Positions 43,088 to 53,431 of a DNA stretch of 64,000 nucleotides are shown piece by piece. A model generated the notes under the pieces. That model was not told the DNA's origin, made no database searches, and saw only the letters and a list, made by a program, of their open reading frames with translations. Location: assembly GCF_018771565.1 (NCBI RefSeq), contig NZ_CP076326.1:2733785-2797784 (forward strand), given 5' to 3'. The first letter of the stretch is position 1. Each line of letters starts with the position of its first letter. The stretch is from Thermoflexus hugenholtzii. Its GTDB lineage: Bacteria; Chloroflexota; Anaerolineae; Thermoflexales; Thermoflexaceae. The position numbers and the translations under genes are program-made.

Positions 43088-44761
43088 TTAAAGGACCTCG
43101 GGGGGCTGGTATTCTCCCCAGACCCGGCGCAGCACCTCGCAGATCTCCCCGAGGGTGGCGTCGGCGGCCACGGCCTCCACGAACAGCGGCATGAGGGGCT
43201 CCTCGGGCCGGCGGGCGGCCTCCTCGATGCGGCTCAGGAGGGCGGAGACCCGCTCCCCATCCCGGCGGGCCCGCAGCGCCTGCAGGCGGGCCCGCTGCGC
43301 CTCCTCGATGGCCGGGTCCACTTTCAGCCGCTCCAGCTCCGGGCGCTCCTCCTCGACCTGGAAGGCGTTCACGCCCACGACGATCTGCTCTCCGGACTCG
43401 ACGGCCTTCTGGGTCCGGTAGGCTGATTCGGCGATGGCCCGCTGGATGTAGCCGGTCTCGATGGCCCGCAGGGCCCCGCCCATGGCCTCGATGCGATCGA
43501 TCTCCTCCCGGGCGCGGCGCTCGATCTCCGCCGTCAGGTATTCGATGACGTAGCTGCCCGCCAGGGGGTCGATGGTGTCGGCCACGCCCGATTCGTAGGC
43601 CAGGATCTGCTGGGTGCGCAGGGCCACCCGGGCGGATTTCTCAGTGGGCAGCCAGAGGGCTTCGTCCATGGCGTTGGTGTGGAGGGACTGGCAGCCGCCC
43701 AGGATGGCGGCCAGAGCCTGGATCGTCACCCGGATGATGTTGTTCTCGGGCTGCTGGGCGGTGAGGGTGCTGCCGCCCGTTTGCACATGGAAGCGGAGCA
43801 TCATCGCCTCGGGGCGGGTGGCCCTTAGGCGATCCCGGGCCAGGCGGGCCCACAGCCGGCGGGCGGCGCGGAACTTGGCCACTTCCTCCAGGAAATGGTT
43901 GTGGGCGTTGAAGAAGAACGAGAGCTGGGGGCCGATGTCGTCGATGGAGAGGCCGGCACGAGCGGCGGCCCGCACATACTCCAGGGCATGGGCGAAGGTG
44001 AAGGCCACCTCCTGGACCGCGGTGGCGCCGGCCTCCCGGATGTGGTAGCCGCTGATGCTGATGGGGTTCCAGTTCGGCACGTGTCGGTGGCAGAAAGCCA
44101 TCACGTCCACGGCCAGCCGCATGGAGGGCTCGGGCGGGAAGATGTAAAGGCCACGGGCCACATATTCTTTGAGGATGTCGTTCTGGACCGTGCCCCGCAG
44201 CTGCTTCCAGTCCACGCCCTGCTCCCGGGCCAGGGCGAGGACCATGGCCAGCAGGATCGCCGCCGGGGCGTTGATGGTCATGGAGAGGCTGACCCGGTCC
44301 AGGGGGATGCCGTCCAGCAGGCGCCGCATGTCCTCCAGGGAGCAGATGCTGACCCCCACCCGGCCGACCTCCCCGTGGGCCGTGGGGTGGTCGGCGTCGT
44401 AGCCCAGCTGGGTGGGGAGGTCGAAGGCCACCGAGAGGCCGGTCTGGCCCTGAGCCAGCAGGTAACGGTAGCGCCGGTTGGACTCCTCGGCGGTGGCGTA
44501 GCCGGCGTATTGGCGCATGGTCCACAGCCGCCCCCGATACATCGTCCGGTAGATCCCTCGGGTGAAGGGGAACTCCCCCGGGAATCCCAAATCCCGCAGG
44601 TAGTCGATCTCGACGTCCGCGGGGGTGTAGAGGGGCTCCAGGGGGATGCCCGAGGGGGTCTCGAAGCGGGGGCGGCGCTGGGGGGCATCCCGGATGGCCT
44701 CCTGCCATCGCCGCTGGACTTGCCGGATCTCCGCCTCCTGGATACGCGCCTCGGCCGCCAT
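43088..44761 (-). CDS. Methylmalonyl-CoA mutase-family large subunit, catalytic domain only (no B12-binding domain)
   Basis: '[62 protein letters not shown]' is the canonical acyl-CoA mutase core. 557 aa, with no DxHxxG segment. Confidence 0.85.
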   Translation of the reverse strand: MAAEARIQEAEIRQVQRRWQEAIRDAPQRRPRFETPSGIPLEPLYTPADVEIDYLRDLGFPGEFPFTRGIYRTMYRGRLWTMRQYAGYATAEESNRRYRYLLAQGQTGLSVAFDLPTQLGYDADHPTAHGEVGRVGVSICSLEDMRRLLDGIPLDRVSLSMTINAPAAILLAMVLALAREQGVDWKQLRGTVQNDILKEYVARGLYIFPPEPSMRLAVDVMAFCHRHVPNWNPISISGYHIREAGATAVQEVAFTFAHALEYVRAAARAGLSIDDIGPQLSFFFNAHNHFLEEVAKFRAARRLWARLARDRLRATRPEAMMLRFHVQTGGSTLTAQQPENNIIRVTIQALAAILGGCQSLHTNAMDEALWLPTEKSARVALRTQQILAYESGVADTIDPLAGSYVIEYLTAEIERRAREEIDRIEAMGGALRAIETGYIQRAIAESAYRTQKAVESGEQIVVGVNAFQVEEERPELERLKVDPAIEEAQRARLQALRARRDGERVSALLSRIEEAARRPEEPLMPLFVEAVAADATLGEICEVLRRVWGEYQPPEVL

Positions 44762-44784
44762 ATGTGCCTCCGGGGATCTTCCCG

Positions 44785-45278
44785 CTATCCCAGCACCACC
44801 AGGATCTGGTTCTGCTCCACGCTCTGGCCGGGCCTCACCCGGACCGCTTTCACGACCCCGTCGCGGGGGGCCCGGATCTCGTTTTGCATCTTCATAGACT
44901 CCAGGAGGACCAGTTTCTCCCCTTTGCGGACGGGCTGTCCTTCCTGGACCGGCACGGCGACGATGAGGCCGGGCATGGGGGCTTTCACCGTTACCTCTCC
45001 GGCGGGGCCGGGGCGCCCGCCCGAGGCTTCCCGCAGGCGGCGCTCCCGCTCATCCTCCACCTGCACGGTGAAGAGGTAGCCCCGCAGGAAGACCCAGTAT
45101 TCCCCTTCCCGCTCCTGGATCAGGGCCTCGTAGGAGGCGTTGTCGAGGAGCAGGGAGTAGACGTGCTGCTGGTCGATCAGGCGGAAGTCCACCGCCCGCT
45201 CGACGCCCTCGCACAGGATGCGATCCTCCCGGTTGATCTCGATGGTGTAGGTTTTCCCGTTCACCGTGGCGATGTATT

Positions 45279-45282
<4 letters not shown>
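44785..45282 (-). CDS. Biotin carboxyl carrier protein (biotin/lipoyl attachment domain)
   Basis: C-terminal '[43 protein letters not shown]' contains the (A/E)MKM biotinyl-Lys motif. ATGA overlap with accC. Confidence 0.85.
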
Positions 45283-46781
<1,499 letters not shown>

Positions 46782-46811
46782 GGCGCGGTTCCTTTCCGGG
46801 AGGGGGGAAGA

Positions 46812-48371
46812 TCAGAGCGGGATGTTTCCGTGCTTCTTCGGCGGGTTCTGATCCCGCTTGTTCTGGAGCATCTCCAGGGCGTTGATCAGGCGGGGGCGGG
46901 TCTCCTTCGGCTCGATGACGTCGTCCACGAAGCCGTAGGAGGCGGCCACGTAGGGGTTGGCGAAGCGGGCCCGATACTCCGCCACCCGCTCCGCCCGCCG
47001 GGCCTCCGGGTCCGGCGCCTCGGCGATCTCCCGCCGGAAGATGATGTTAACCGCCCCCTCGGGCCCCATCACCGCCAGCTCCGCCGTAGGCCAGGCCAGC
47101 ACCAGATCGGCCCGCAGGTGCCGGGAGTTCATCACGCAGTAGGCGCCGCCGTAGGCCTTGCGGGTGATCACCGTGATCTTGGGGACGGTAGCCTCGGCGT
47201 AGGCGTAGAGGAGCTTGGCCCCCGCCTTGATGATGCCCCCGTGCTCCTGGGCCACCCCCGGCAGGAAGCCCGGCACGTCCTCGAAGGTGATGATGGGGAT
47301 GTTGAAGGCGTCGCAGAAGCGCACGAACCGGGCCGCCTTCTCGCTGGCCTTGATGTCCAGAGCCCCTGCCAGCACCGCCGGCTGGTTGGCGACGATTCCC
47401 ACGCTGTGGCCCCCCAGCCGGGCGAAGCCGATGACGATGTTGGGGGCGTAATCCGGCTGGACCTCGAAGAAGTCGCCGTTGTCTACGATGAGGCGGATGA
47501 CCTCTTTGATGTCGTAGGGGCGGGCGGGGTCTTCGGGGACGATGGTGTTCAGGCGCTCCTCCATGCGCAGGGGATCATCGCCGTTGGGAACGTAAGGGGG
47601 ATCCTCCATGTTGTTGGAGGGCAGATACGAGAGGAGCTTGCGGATCATGTAGAAGAGATCGGCCTCGGTGTCCGCGGCGAAGTGGGCCACGCCGCTGATG
47701 GTCGTGTGGACGTCAGCGCCGCCCAGCTGTTCGTGGGTGACCTCCTCGTGCATGACCGCCCGCACCACATCGGGGCCGGTGATATACATGTAGCTGGTCC
47801 GGCGGACCATGAAGATGAAATCGGTGAGGGCGGGGGAGTAAACCGCCCCCCCGGCGCACGGCCCCAGGATGGCGCTGATCTGCGGCACCACGCCGGAGAG
47901 CATGACGTTGCGCAGGAAGATGTCCGCGTAGCCGCCGAGGGAGAGGACCCCCTCCTGGATCCGGGCACCACCCGAGTCGTTGAGGCCGATGAGGGGAGCC
48001 CCGTTCTTCATGGCCATGTCCATGATCTTCACGATCTTGCGGGCATGGCCCTCCCCCAGGCTCCCCCCCAGGACGGTGAAATCCTGGGCGTAGACGTAGA
48101 CCAGGCGGCCGTCGATGGTCCCCCACCCCGTCACCACGCCGTCCCCCAGGTAGCGGCGCTCGGCCAGCCCGAAATCGGTCACCCGGGTGGTGACGAAGGG
48201 GTCCAGCTCCCGGAAGGAGCCTTTGTCCAGCAGGAGCTCCAGCCGTTCGCGGGCCGTGAGCTTCCCCTTGGCGTGTTGCTGGGCGATCCGCTCCGGCCCC
48301 CCGCCGGCCTGAGCCTCCGCCCGCAACCGCCGCAACTGCTCCAGCCGATCCTCCAGGATCTCGATCTGCAT
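46812..48371 (-). CDS. pccB: Propionyl-CoA carboxylase beta chain / methylmalonyl-CoA carboxyltransferase
   Basis: '[23 protein letters not shown]', '[11 protein letters not shown]' and '[12 protein letters not shown]' are carboxyltransferase signatures. Start at MQIEIL (cat at 48369..48371). Confidence 0.9.
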   Translation of the reverse strand: MQIEILEDRLEQLRRLRAEAQAGGGPERIAQQHAKGKLTARERLELLLDKGSFRELDPFVTTRVTDFGLAERRYLGDGVVTGWGTIDGRLVYVYAQDFTVLGGSLGEGHARKIVKIMDMAMKNGAPLIGLNDSGGARIQEGVLSLGGYADIFLRNVMLSGVVPQISAILGPCAGGAVYSPALTDFIFMVRRTSYMYITGPDVVRAVMHEEVTHEQLGGADVHTTISGVAHFAADTEADLFYMIRKLLSYLPSNNMEDPPYVPNGDDPLRMEERLNTIVPEDPARPYDIKEVIRLIVDNGDFFEVQPDYAPNIVIGFARLGGHSVGIVANQPAVLAGALDIKASEKAARFVRFCDAFNIPIITFEDVPGFLPGVAQEHGGIIKAGAKLLYAYAEATVPKITVITRKAYGGAYCVMNSRHLRADLVLAWPTAELAVMGPEGAVNIIFRREIAEAPDPEARRAERVAEYRARFANPYVAASYGFVDDVIEPKETRPRLINALEMLQNKRDQNPPKKHGNIPL

Positions 48372-48391
48372 AAGTCCGCTCCGGATGATAA

Positions 48392-48439
48392 ATAATGAAG
48401 GATAAGGCCCGACCAATGAGGACAGCACGCCTTCATTAT
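48392..48439. promoter_or_regulatory. 10-bp inverted repeat in the pccB/uvrC divergent intergenic region
   Basis: ATAATGAAGG (48392..48401) and CCTTCATTAT (48430..48439) are exact reverse complements, 28 nt apart, inside an unusually AT-rich patch. Confidence 0.3.
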
Positions 48440-48554
48440 AACTCAGACCACGGGCGGGACCCCGGCGGCCGGACCGGGGATGGGTCCGCCGCATGTAGCG
48501 ATGGGGAGAGGGAAAGGGTAATAATTAACTCAGCGCAAGAGGGAGGTCCGGACG

Positions 48555-50441
48555 ATGGGTTCGGCGCTGGGGACGGAGGAGCGGGTGGATCGGACGGCCC
48601 TGGAGGAAAAGCTGCGGGCCCTGCCCGCGCGGCCGGGGGTCTACATGTTCCGGAACGCCCACGGGGAGGTGATCTACGTGGGCAAGGCGGTCTCGCTCCG
48701 CCATCGGGTCCGCTCGTATTTCCAGAGCGGCGCCGACCTCTCCCCCCGCGTCCGGCGCATGGTCAGGGAGATCGCCGATCTGGACTTCATCGTCACGGAT
48801 TCGGAGCTCGAAGCCCTCATCCTGGAAGCCAACCTGATCAAGAAGCACCGGCCGAAATACAACGTCCGCCTGAAGGACGACAAGCGCTATCCCTACATCC
48901 GGATCTCCGTCCAGGATCCCTACCCCAAAGTCACCATCACCCGGCGGATCGAGAACGATGGCGCCCGCTATTTCGGCCCCTACACCTCCGCCAGCGCCGT
49001 CTATCAGATGCTGGACGAGCTGCGGCGGATCTTCCCCTATCTGACCTGCGACCGGACGATCACCGGGCGGGATCCCCGGGCGTGCCTTTACTACGATCTG
49101 CGGCGGTGCCTGGGGCCCTGCATCGGGGCGGTGAGCCAGGCGGAATACCGGGCGATGATCGAGGGGTTGATCCGCTTCCTGGAGGGCCATACCGAGGAGG
49201 TGGTCCGGGATCTGGAGGCCCGGATGTGGGCGGCGGCGGAGGCCCTGCAGTTCGAGCGGGCGGCCCAGCTGCGGGACCGCCTGCGGGCGATCCGCCAGGT
49301 GATGGAGCGACAGAAGGTGGTCTCCACGGTGGCTGCGGACCGGGACGTGATCGCCATCGCCCGGGCCGACGGGGAGGCCTGCGTGGAGGTGTTCTTCATC
49401 CGCCAGGGCCGCCTGATCGGCCGGGAGTATTTCGTCCTGGAGGGCCTGGAGGACGCCGACCTGCAGGAGGCCCTGGCCGGCTTCCTCAAGCAGTTCTATC
49501 AGGCCGCCGCCGAGGTGCCCCCGGAGATCGTGCTGCCGGAGCACATCGAGGAGGCGGCCATCATCGAGCAATGGCTCCGCCAGCGACGGGGCGATGCGGT
49601 GACTCTCACCGTCCCCCGGGAGGGGGAGGCGGCGGAGCTGGTGCGTCTGGCGACGGAGAACGCCATGGAGACCCTGAACGCCCTGCGGGCCCGCTGGCTG
49701 GCCGACCGGCACCGGCAGGAGGCGGCCCTGCAGGAGCTGGCCACCGCCCTGGGCCTCCCGGCTCCCCCCGCCCGCATCGAGGGCTTCGACATCTCCAACA
49801 CCCAGGGGACCGCCGTGGTGGGCAGCATGGTGGTCTTCATCCACGGTGTCCCTTTGAAGGCGCACTACCGCCGCTTCGTGGTGCGCACGGTGCAGGGGCG
49901 ACCGGACGATTACGCCAGCATGCGGGAGGTGCTGACCCGGCGTTTCCGCCGCTGGCAGGAGGCGAACGCCTCCCAGCGGCTCCCGGGCCAGAAGCCGGAT
50001 GAGAGCTTCGCCATGCTCCCCGACCTCCTGCTGGTGGACGGGGGGAAAGGCCAGCTGGGGGTCGCCCTGGAGGTCCTGGAGGCCTTCGGGCTCCGGGAGC
50101 GGGTCCCGGTGGCCGCCCTGGCCAAGGAGCGGGAGGAGCTCTTCCTGCCCGGCCGATCGGAGGGATGGCTGCTGCCGCGCTCCTCGCCGGCCCTCTTCCT
50201 GATCCAGCGCATCCGGGATGAGGCCCATCGCTTCGCCTTGAGCCATCACCGGGCCCGGCGGGAGCGCCGCTCCATGGCCTCGCTTCTGGAGGAGGTCCCG
50301 GGCATCGGGCCGAAGCGGCGGCGGGCGCTGCTGGAGCGCTTCGGCTCCCTGGAGGCCATCCGTCAGGCCCCGCTGGAGGCCCTGATCGAAGCCGGGCTCC
50401 CCCGGGCGGTGGCCGAACGGTTGAAAGAGGCCCTCGGATGA
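48555..50441 (+). CDS. uvrC: Excinuclease ABC subunit C
   Basis: The GIY-YIG domain reads 'PGVYMFRNAHGEVIYVGKAVSLRHRVRSYF'. The UVR domain reads 'FERAAQLRDRLRAI'. A C-terminal (HhH)2 reads 'LEEVPGIGPKRRRALLERFGSLEAI'. Confidence 0.95.
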   Translation: MGSALGTEERVDRTALEEKLRALPARPGVYMFRNAHGEVIYVGKAVSLRHRVRSYFQSGADLSPRVRRMVREIADLDFIVTDSELEALILEANLIKKHRPKYNVRLKDDKRYPYIRISVQDPYPKVTITRRIENDGARYFGPYTSASAVYQMLDELRRIFPYLTCDRTITGRDPRACLYYDLRRCLGPCIGAVSQAEYRAMIEGLIRFLEGHTEEVVRDLEARMWAAAEALQFERAAQLRDRLRAIRQVMERQKVVSTVAADRDVIAIARADGEACVEVFFIRQGRLIGREYFVLEGLEDADLQEALAGFLKQFYQAAAEVPPEIVLPEHIEEAAIIEQWLRQRRGDAVTLTVPREGEAAELVRLATENAMETLNALRARWLADRHRQEAALQELATALGLPAPPARIEGFDISNTQGTAVVGSMVVFIHGVPLKAHYRRFVVRTVQGRPDDYASMREVLTRRFRRWQEANASQRLPGQKPDESFAMLPDLLLVDGGKGQLGVALEVLEAFGLRERVPVAALAKEREELFLPGRSEGWLLPRSSPALFLIQRIRDEAHRFALSHHRARRERRSMASLLEEVPGIGPKRRRALLERFGSLEAIRQAPLEALIEAGLPRAVAERLKEALG

Positions 50442-51622
50442 AAGCGTTCCCTCCGCCTCCCTGGCCCGCCCTCCCCGCCGGGCCGGAGGAGGCCCTGGCG
50501 GTTTATGTCCACATCCCCTTCTGCCGCTGGCGTTGCAGCTACTGTGATTTCAACATCTACGCAGGGATGTCGCGCTGGTTCGCCCCTTACGTCGCGGCGC
50601 TGGGACAGGAGATCCAGTGGTTCGGCCGGGCGGCCGGGCGGCCCCGCGCCCGCACGATTTACATCGGCGGTGGGACCCCCTCGTTGCTGCCTCTCCCGCT
50701 TCTCGAGCGCCTGTTCGAGGCGCTCCGGGAGGCCTTCGAGATCCCGCCCGGGATCGAGATCACCATGGAGGCGAACCCCAGCGGCCTCTCCGTGGCCTAT
50801 CTCGAGGGCGTGCGGGCCCTGGGGGTCAACCGCCTGAGCTTCGGGGTGCAAAGCGCCCATCCGGAGGAGCTGCGCCTGCTGCGCCGGGATCACACCTTTC
50901 AGGAAGCCCATGATCATTTCGCGATGGCCCGCGCCGCCGGCTTCGCCAACCTGAACGTGGACCTCATCTACGGGCTGCCCGGCCAGACCCTGCGCCGCTG
51001 GCAGGAGACCCTGGAGGCTGTCCTGGCCTGGGGCCCGGAACATCTCTCGGCCTATGCGCTGATCGTGGAGGAACGCACGGCCCTCCACCGCTGGATCCGG
51101 GAGGGGCGGATCCCGGCGCCGGACCCGGATCTCGCGGCCGAGATGTATGAGTGGACGCGAGAGCGCCTGGCGGGGGCCGGCTATCGGCACTACGAGCTCT
51201 CCAACTGGGCGCGGCCGGGTTATGAGAGCCAGCATAACGCCGTCTACTGGCGCTACGAGCCCTACGTCGGTTTCGGTGCGGGGGCCTGGAGTTTCCTGAG
51301 GGATCGTCGCTGGATGAACGTGCGACATCCGAAGGACTACATCGGGCGGATCGAGCGGGGGGAGAGCCCGGTTGCCGAGGAGGAGATCCTCCCGCTGCCG
51401 GTGCAGATGGCGGAGATGGTCATCCTGGGCCTGCGCCGGGTGGAAGAGGGCGTCGAGGAGGCGTGCTTCCGCGCCCGTTTCGGCCAGGGCCTCATGGAGC
51501 GCTACGGGGCGGTCATCGCCGAGCTGGAAGATCTGGGGCTGGTCCGGTGGGACGGCGTCCGCCTGCGCCTGACCCCCCGGGGGCAGTTGCTGGGGAATCA
51601 GGTGTTCTGGCGCTTTTTATAG
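50438..51622 (+). CDS. hemW: Radical SAM heme chaperone HemW (HemN-like, oxygen-independent coproporphyrinogen oxidase family)
   Basis: 'LAVYVHIPFCRWRCSYCDFN' is the CxxxCxxC motif. 'IYIGGGTPS' is present, along with a HemN_C-like tail. ATGA overlap with uvrC. Confidence 0.85.
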   Translation: MKAFPPPPWPALPAGPEEALAVYVHIPFCRWRCSYCDFNIYAGMSRWFAPYVAALGQEIQWFGRAAGRPRARTIYIGGGTPSLLPLPLLERLFEALREAFEIPPGIEITMEANPSGLSVAYLEGVRALGVNRLSFGVQSAHPEELRLLRRDHTFQEAHDHFAMARAAGFANLNVDLIYGLPGQTLRRWQETLEAVLAWGPEHLSAYALIVEERTALHRWIREGRIPAPDPDLAAEMYEWTRERLAGAGYRHYELSNWARPGYESQHNAVYWRYEPYVGFGAGAWSFLRDRRWMNVRHPKDYIGRIERGESPVAEEEILPLPVQMAEMVILGLRRVEEGVEEACFRARFGQGLMERYGAVIAELEDLGLVRWDGVRLRLTPRGQLLGNQVFWRFL

Positions 51623-51767
51623 GCGAGTTGAGGGGCGGGGCACGGATCACCTCCCCCCACCGGGCCAGGAGGTCGAGGGGGCGCGCGGTCCGCGGCAGCG
51701 TCTCCCGGCCCGCGAAGCGGGGCAGGTCCCGCACCCCGACCATCGTGAGCCAGAGATCCCGCCGCAT
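51513..51767 (-). CDS. Possible small basic protein (uncertain)
   Basis: The ATG (cat at 51765..51767) is preceded on the minus strand by TAAGGAGGTGA, an 11-nt anti-SD match, with 5 nt between it and the ATG. An AT-rich promoter-like patch lies upstream. However, the 3' 110 nt run antisense through the end of hemW and are low-complexity. Confidence 0.3.
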   Translation of the reverse strand: MRRDLWLTMVGVRDLPRFAGRETLPRTARPLDLLARWGEVIRAPPLNSPIKSARTPDSPATAPGGSGAGGRRPTGPAPDLPARR

Positions 51768-51813
51768 CGGCCTCACCTCCTTAGCCGGCCCGGTGTCGTG
51801 GTGGGCGCAGCCA

Positions 51814-51864
51814 CTTTAAATATTTATCAGCCAAATGTGAGCATTTCGTGAACATTTCGTTAAT
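51814..51864. promoter_or_regulatory. AT-rich promoter-like island with direct repeat CATTTCGT x2
   Basis: 'CTTTAAATATTTATCAGCCAAATGTGAGCATTTCGTGAACATTTCGTTAAT' stands out against GC-rich flanks. CATTTCGT occurs at 51842..51849 and 51853..51860. Confidence 0.35.
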
Positions 51865-52169
51865 CCCCCTCGGGCAGGCCCGGCCCGGCAGCGAGGACCT
51901 CCGGCTCAGGCTGCCGCGCTCCGCTCATATGGCCGGTGTTCGAACCCTATGATTGGCACGATTTTCATCGAGAATATGGAAGAGGGATTCCCGAACCGGA
52001 TTCTCTTCGGCTGAATGGTGGGAGGTCCGGCGAAAGCGATCATGCCGGGATCACAGGCTGGGAGCATCGGGGCCGTCAACCGCTCCGGGGACCCTAAGGG
52101 TGGCAGGGGGTTTCATCCGCATCTCGCTGGGTTGGAGAGCGGTACGCGGGTTCAACCGCTGAATCCTGT

Positions 52170-52439
52170 TTACGGGGGGCCTTCGGGGGCCTGGTCGGCC
52201 CGGGAGAGAAGATCCTCCAGGCGCAGCACGCGGAAGAGGCGCTCGCGGGCCTCCGCGGGCATGGGGGTCCGCCCGTAGCGGCGGTAAAGCTCGATGGTGC
52301 GGCGGGTGGTGTGGAAGACGACGTGACAGTCGGGGCACTCCGCGAGATGCCGCTCCAGCTCCCGGCAGAGGTGCTCCGCCAGCTCCCCATCCAGATAGAG
52401 CGAGATCCGGCTCAGCCACTCCTCGCAACGCCCGGGCAT
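52170..52439 (-). CDS. Zinc-binding anti-sigma factor (ZAS / zf-HC2, RsrA-like, soluble)
   Basis: 89 aa. 'CEEWLSRISLYLDGELAEHLCRELERHLAECPDCHVVF' contains the H-x3-C-x2-C motif. It lies 5 nt downstream of the ECF sigma gene. Confidence 0.8.
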   Translation of the reverse strand: MPGRCEEWLSRISLYLDGELAEHLCRELERHLAECPDCHVVFHTTRRTIELYRRYGRTPMPAEARERLFRVLRLEDLLSRADQAPEGPP

Positions 52440-52444
52440 CGGGT

Positions 52445-53065
52445 TCACCCCCCGTGGGCCTTCAGATCCTCCGCAAAGTAACGCGACAGATGCTCCCGCA
52501 ACCGCAACCGGGCCCGATGCAGACGGGTTTTCACCGCATCGGTGGAGATGCCCAGGATGCGAGCCACCTCCTCGGTGGAGAGACCCTCCCCATCCCGGAG
52601 CAGAAACACCGCCCGCAGGCCCGGCGGCAGGCTGCGGATGGCCTCCTCCAGCACCGATCGCAGCTCCGCCCGCAGGAGCTCCTCCTCCGGCAGGCAGCAC
52701 CAGTCGAACAGCTCCCGGGGGACCTCCTCATCATCGCCCAGGGTCAGCGGCTGGTCGATGGAGATCGTCTCCGGCTCCTTCCGCCGAAGCCGCATCAGGG
52801 CCAGGTTGTAGGCGATGCGATACAGCCAGGTGCACAGCCGAGCCTCCCCCCGGAAATCCTTCAGGTGCTGGAAGGCCTGCAGAAACGTCTCCTGGAGCAC
52901 ATCCTCCGCTTCCTCCCGGCTCCCCAGCAGCCGGTAGGCCACATGGTAGACCGTGTCCCCGCACCGGTCGATCACCGCCGCGAAGGCCTGCCGGTCTCCC
53001 CGCCGCAGCGCAGCGAGTAGATCCGCCTCCGAGAGATCTCCCGTAGATCGGCGATCCGCAGCCAT
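52445..53065 (-). CDS. ECF sigma factor (SigH/SigR/SigE-like)
   Basis: Region 2 reads 'VYHVAYRLLGSREEAEDVLQETFLQAFQHLKDFRGEARLCTWLYRIAYN'. Region 4 reads 'VFLLRDGEGLSTEEVARILGISTDAVKTRLHRAR'. Confidence 0.9.
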   Translation of the reverse strand: MAADRRSTGDLSEADLLAALRRGDRQAFAAVIDRCGDTVYHVAYRLLGSREEAEDVLQETFLQAFQHLKDFRGEARLCTWLYRIAYNLALMRLRRKEPETISIDQPLTLGDDEEVPRELFDWCCLPEEELLRAELRSVLEEAIRSLPPGLRAVFLLRDGEGLSTEEVARILGISTDAVKTRLHRARLRLREHLSRYFAEDLKAHGG

Positions 53066-53431
53066 CTCGAAGGGACCTCGCCCTCAGGTTCGGCCCACCC
53101 CGCTGATTCTGATTGTAAGAGCGCGTGGCTCGCTCGTCCAGAATCACCAGCCGGATGCTTGCCAGAATCCCGTTCCGCCCCATAAAATTTGAGCGCAGTT
53201 ACATCTTGGTCCTGGGCGCGTGATCTTTCCACAGACCGCAGATGGGTGTTGAGCGGATCGGTAAGGCGGCTCCGGATCCCCGCTGAAGAGGTAGAACTGC
53301 GGGGCGCTCTTCTCGAATTCCTCCGCATCGGACCTCATCGGGGGAAGGCCCCTTTGGGGATCAGGGAAGGCTCCCCGGTTCGGAGATCGCCGGAGCGCGA
53401 TTCTTCCGGAGACTTATCGCGAGTTGGGAGT

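Noticed and set aside
51771-51783. 'CCTCACCTCCTTA' resembling the 3' end of 16S rRNA
   Set aside because: It is only an ~11-nt match with no rRNA context. It is better read as the reverse complement of a Shine-Dalgarno sequence for the minus-strand mini-ORF.
52021-52070. SRP (4.5S) RNA-like strings 'AGGTCCGG...GCCGGGAT...GCTGGG'
   Set aside because: The conserved domain IV pattern (GGAA tetraloop with flanking symmetric and asymmetric loops, 'GGAAGCAGCC') is absent. The segment folds as a simple GGTCCGGC/GCCGGGATC hairpin instead.
52130-52170. tmRNA/tRNA-like T-arm ('ACGCGGGTTCAAC', identical over 13 nt to the E. coli ssrA T-arm region)
   Set aside because: The downstream bases (CGCTGAATCC) do not pair to close a 5-bp T stem. 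There is no acceptor stem or CCA end, and no tmRNA-like 5' end or resume codon at a suitable distance on either strand.
52167-52195. Apparent GC hairpin 'GGGGGGCCTTCGGGGGCC' as a terminator for the anti-sigma gene
   Set aside because: The two arms are direct repeats, not inverted ones, and only GGCC self-pairs. The segment is the coding 3' end of the anti-sigma gene ('...QAPEGPP*').
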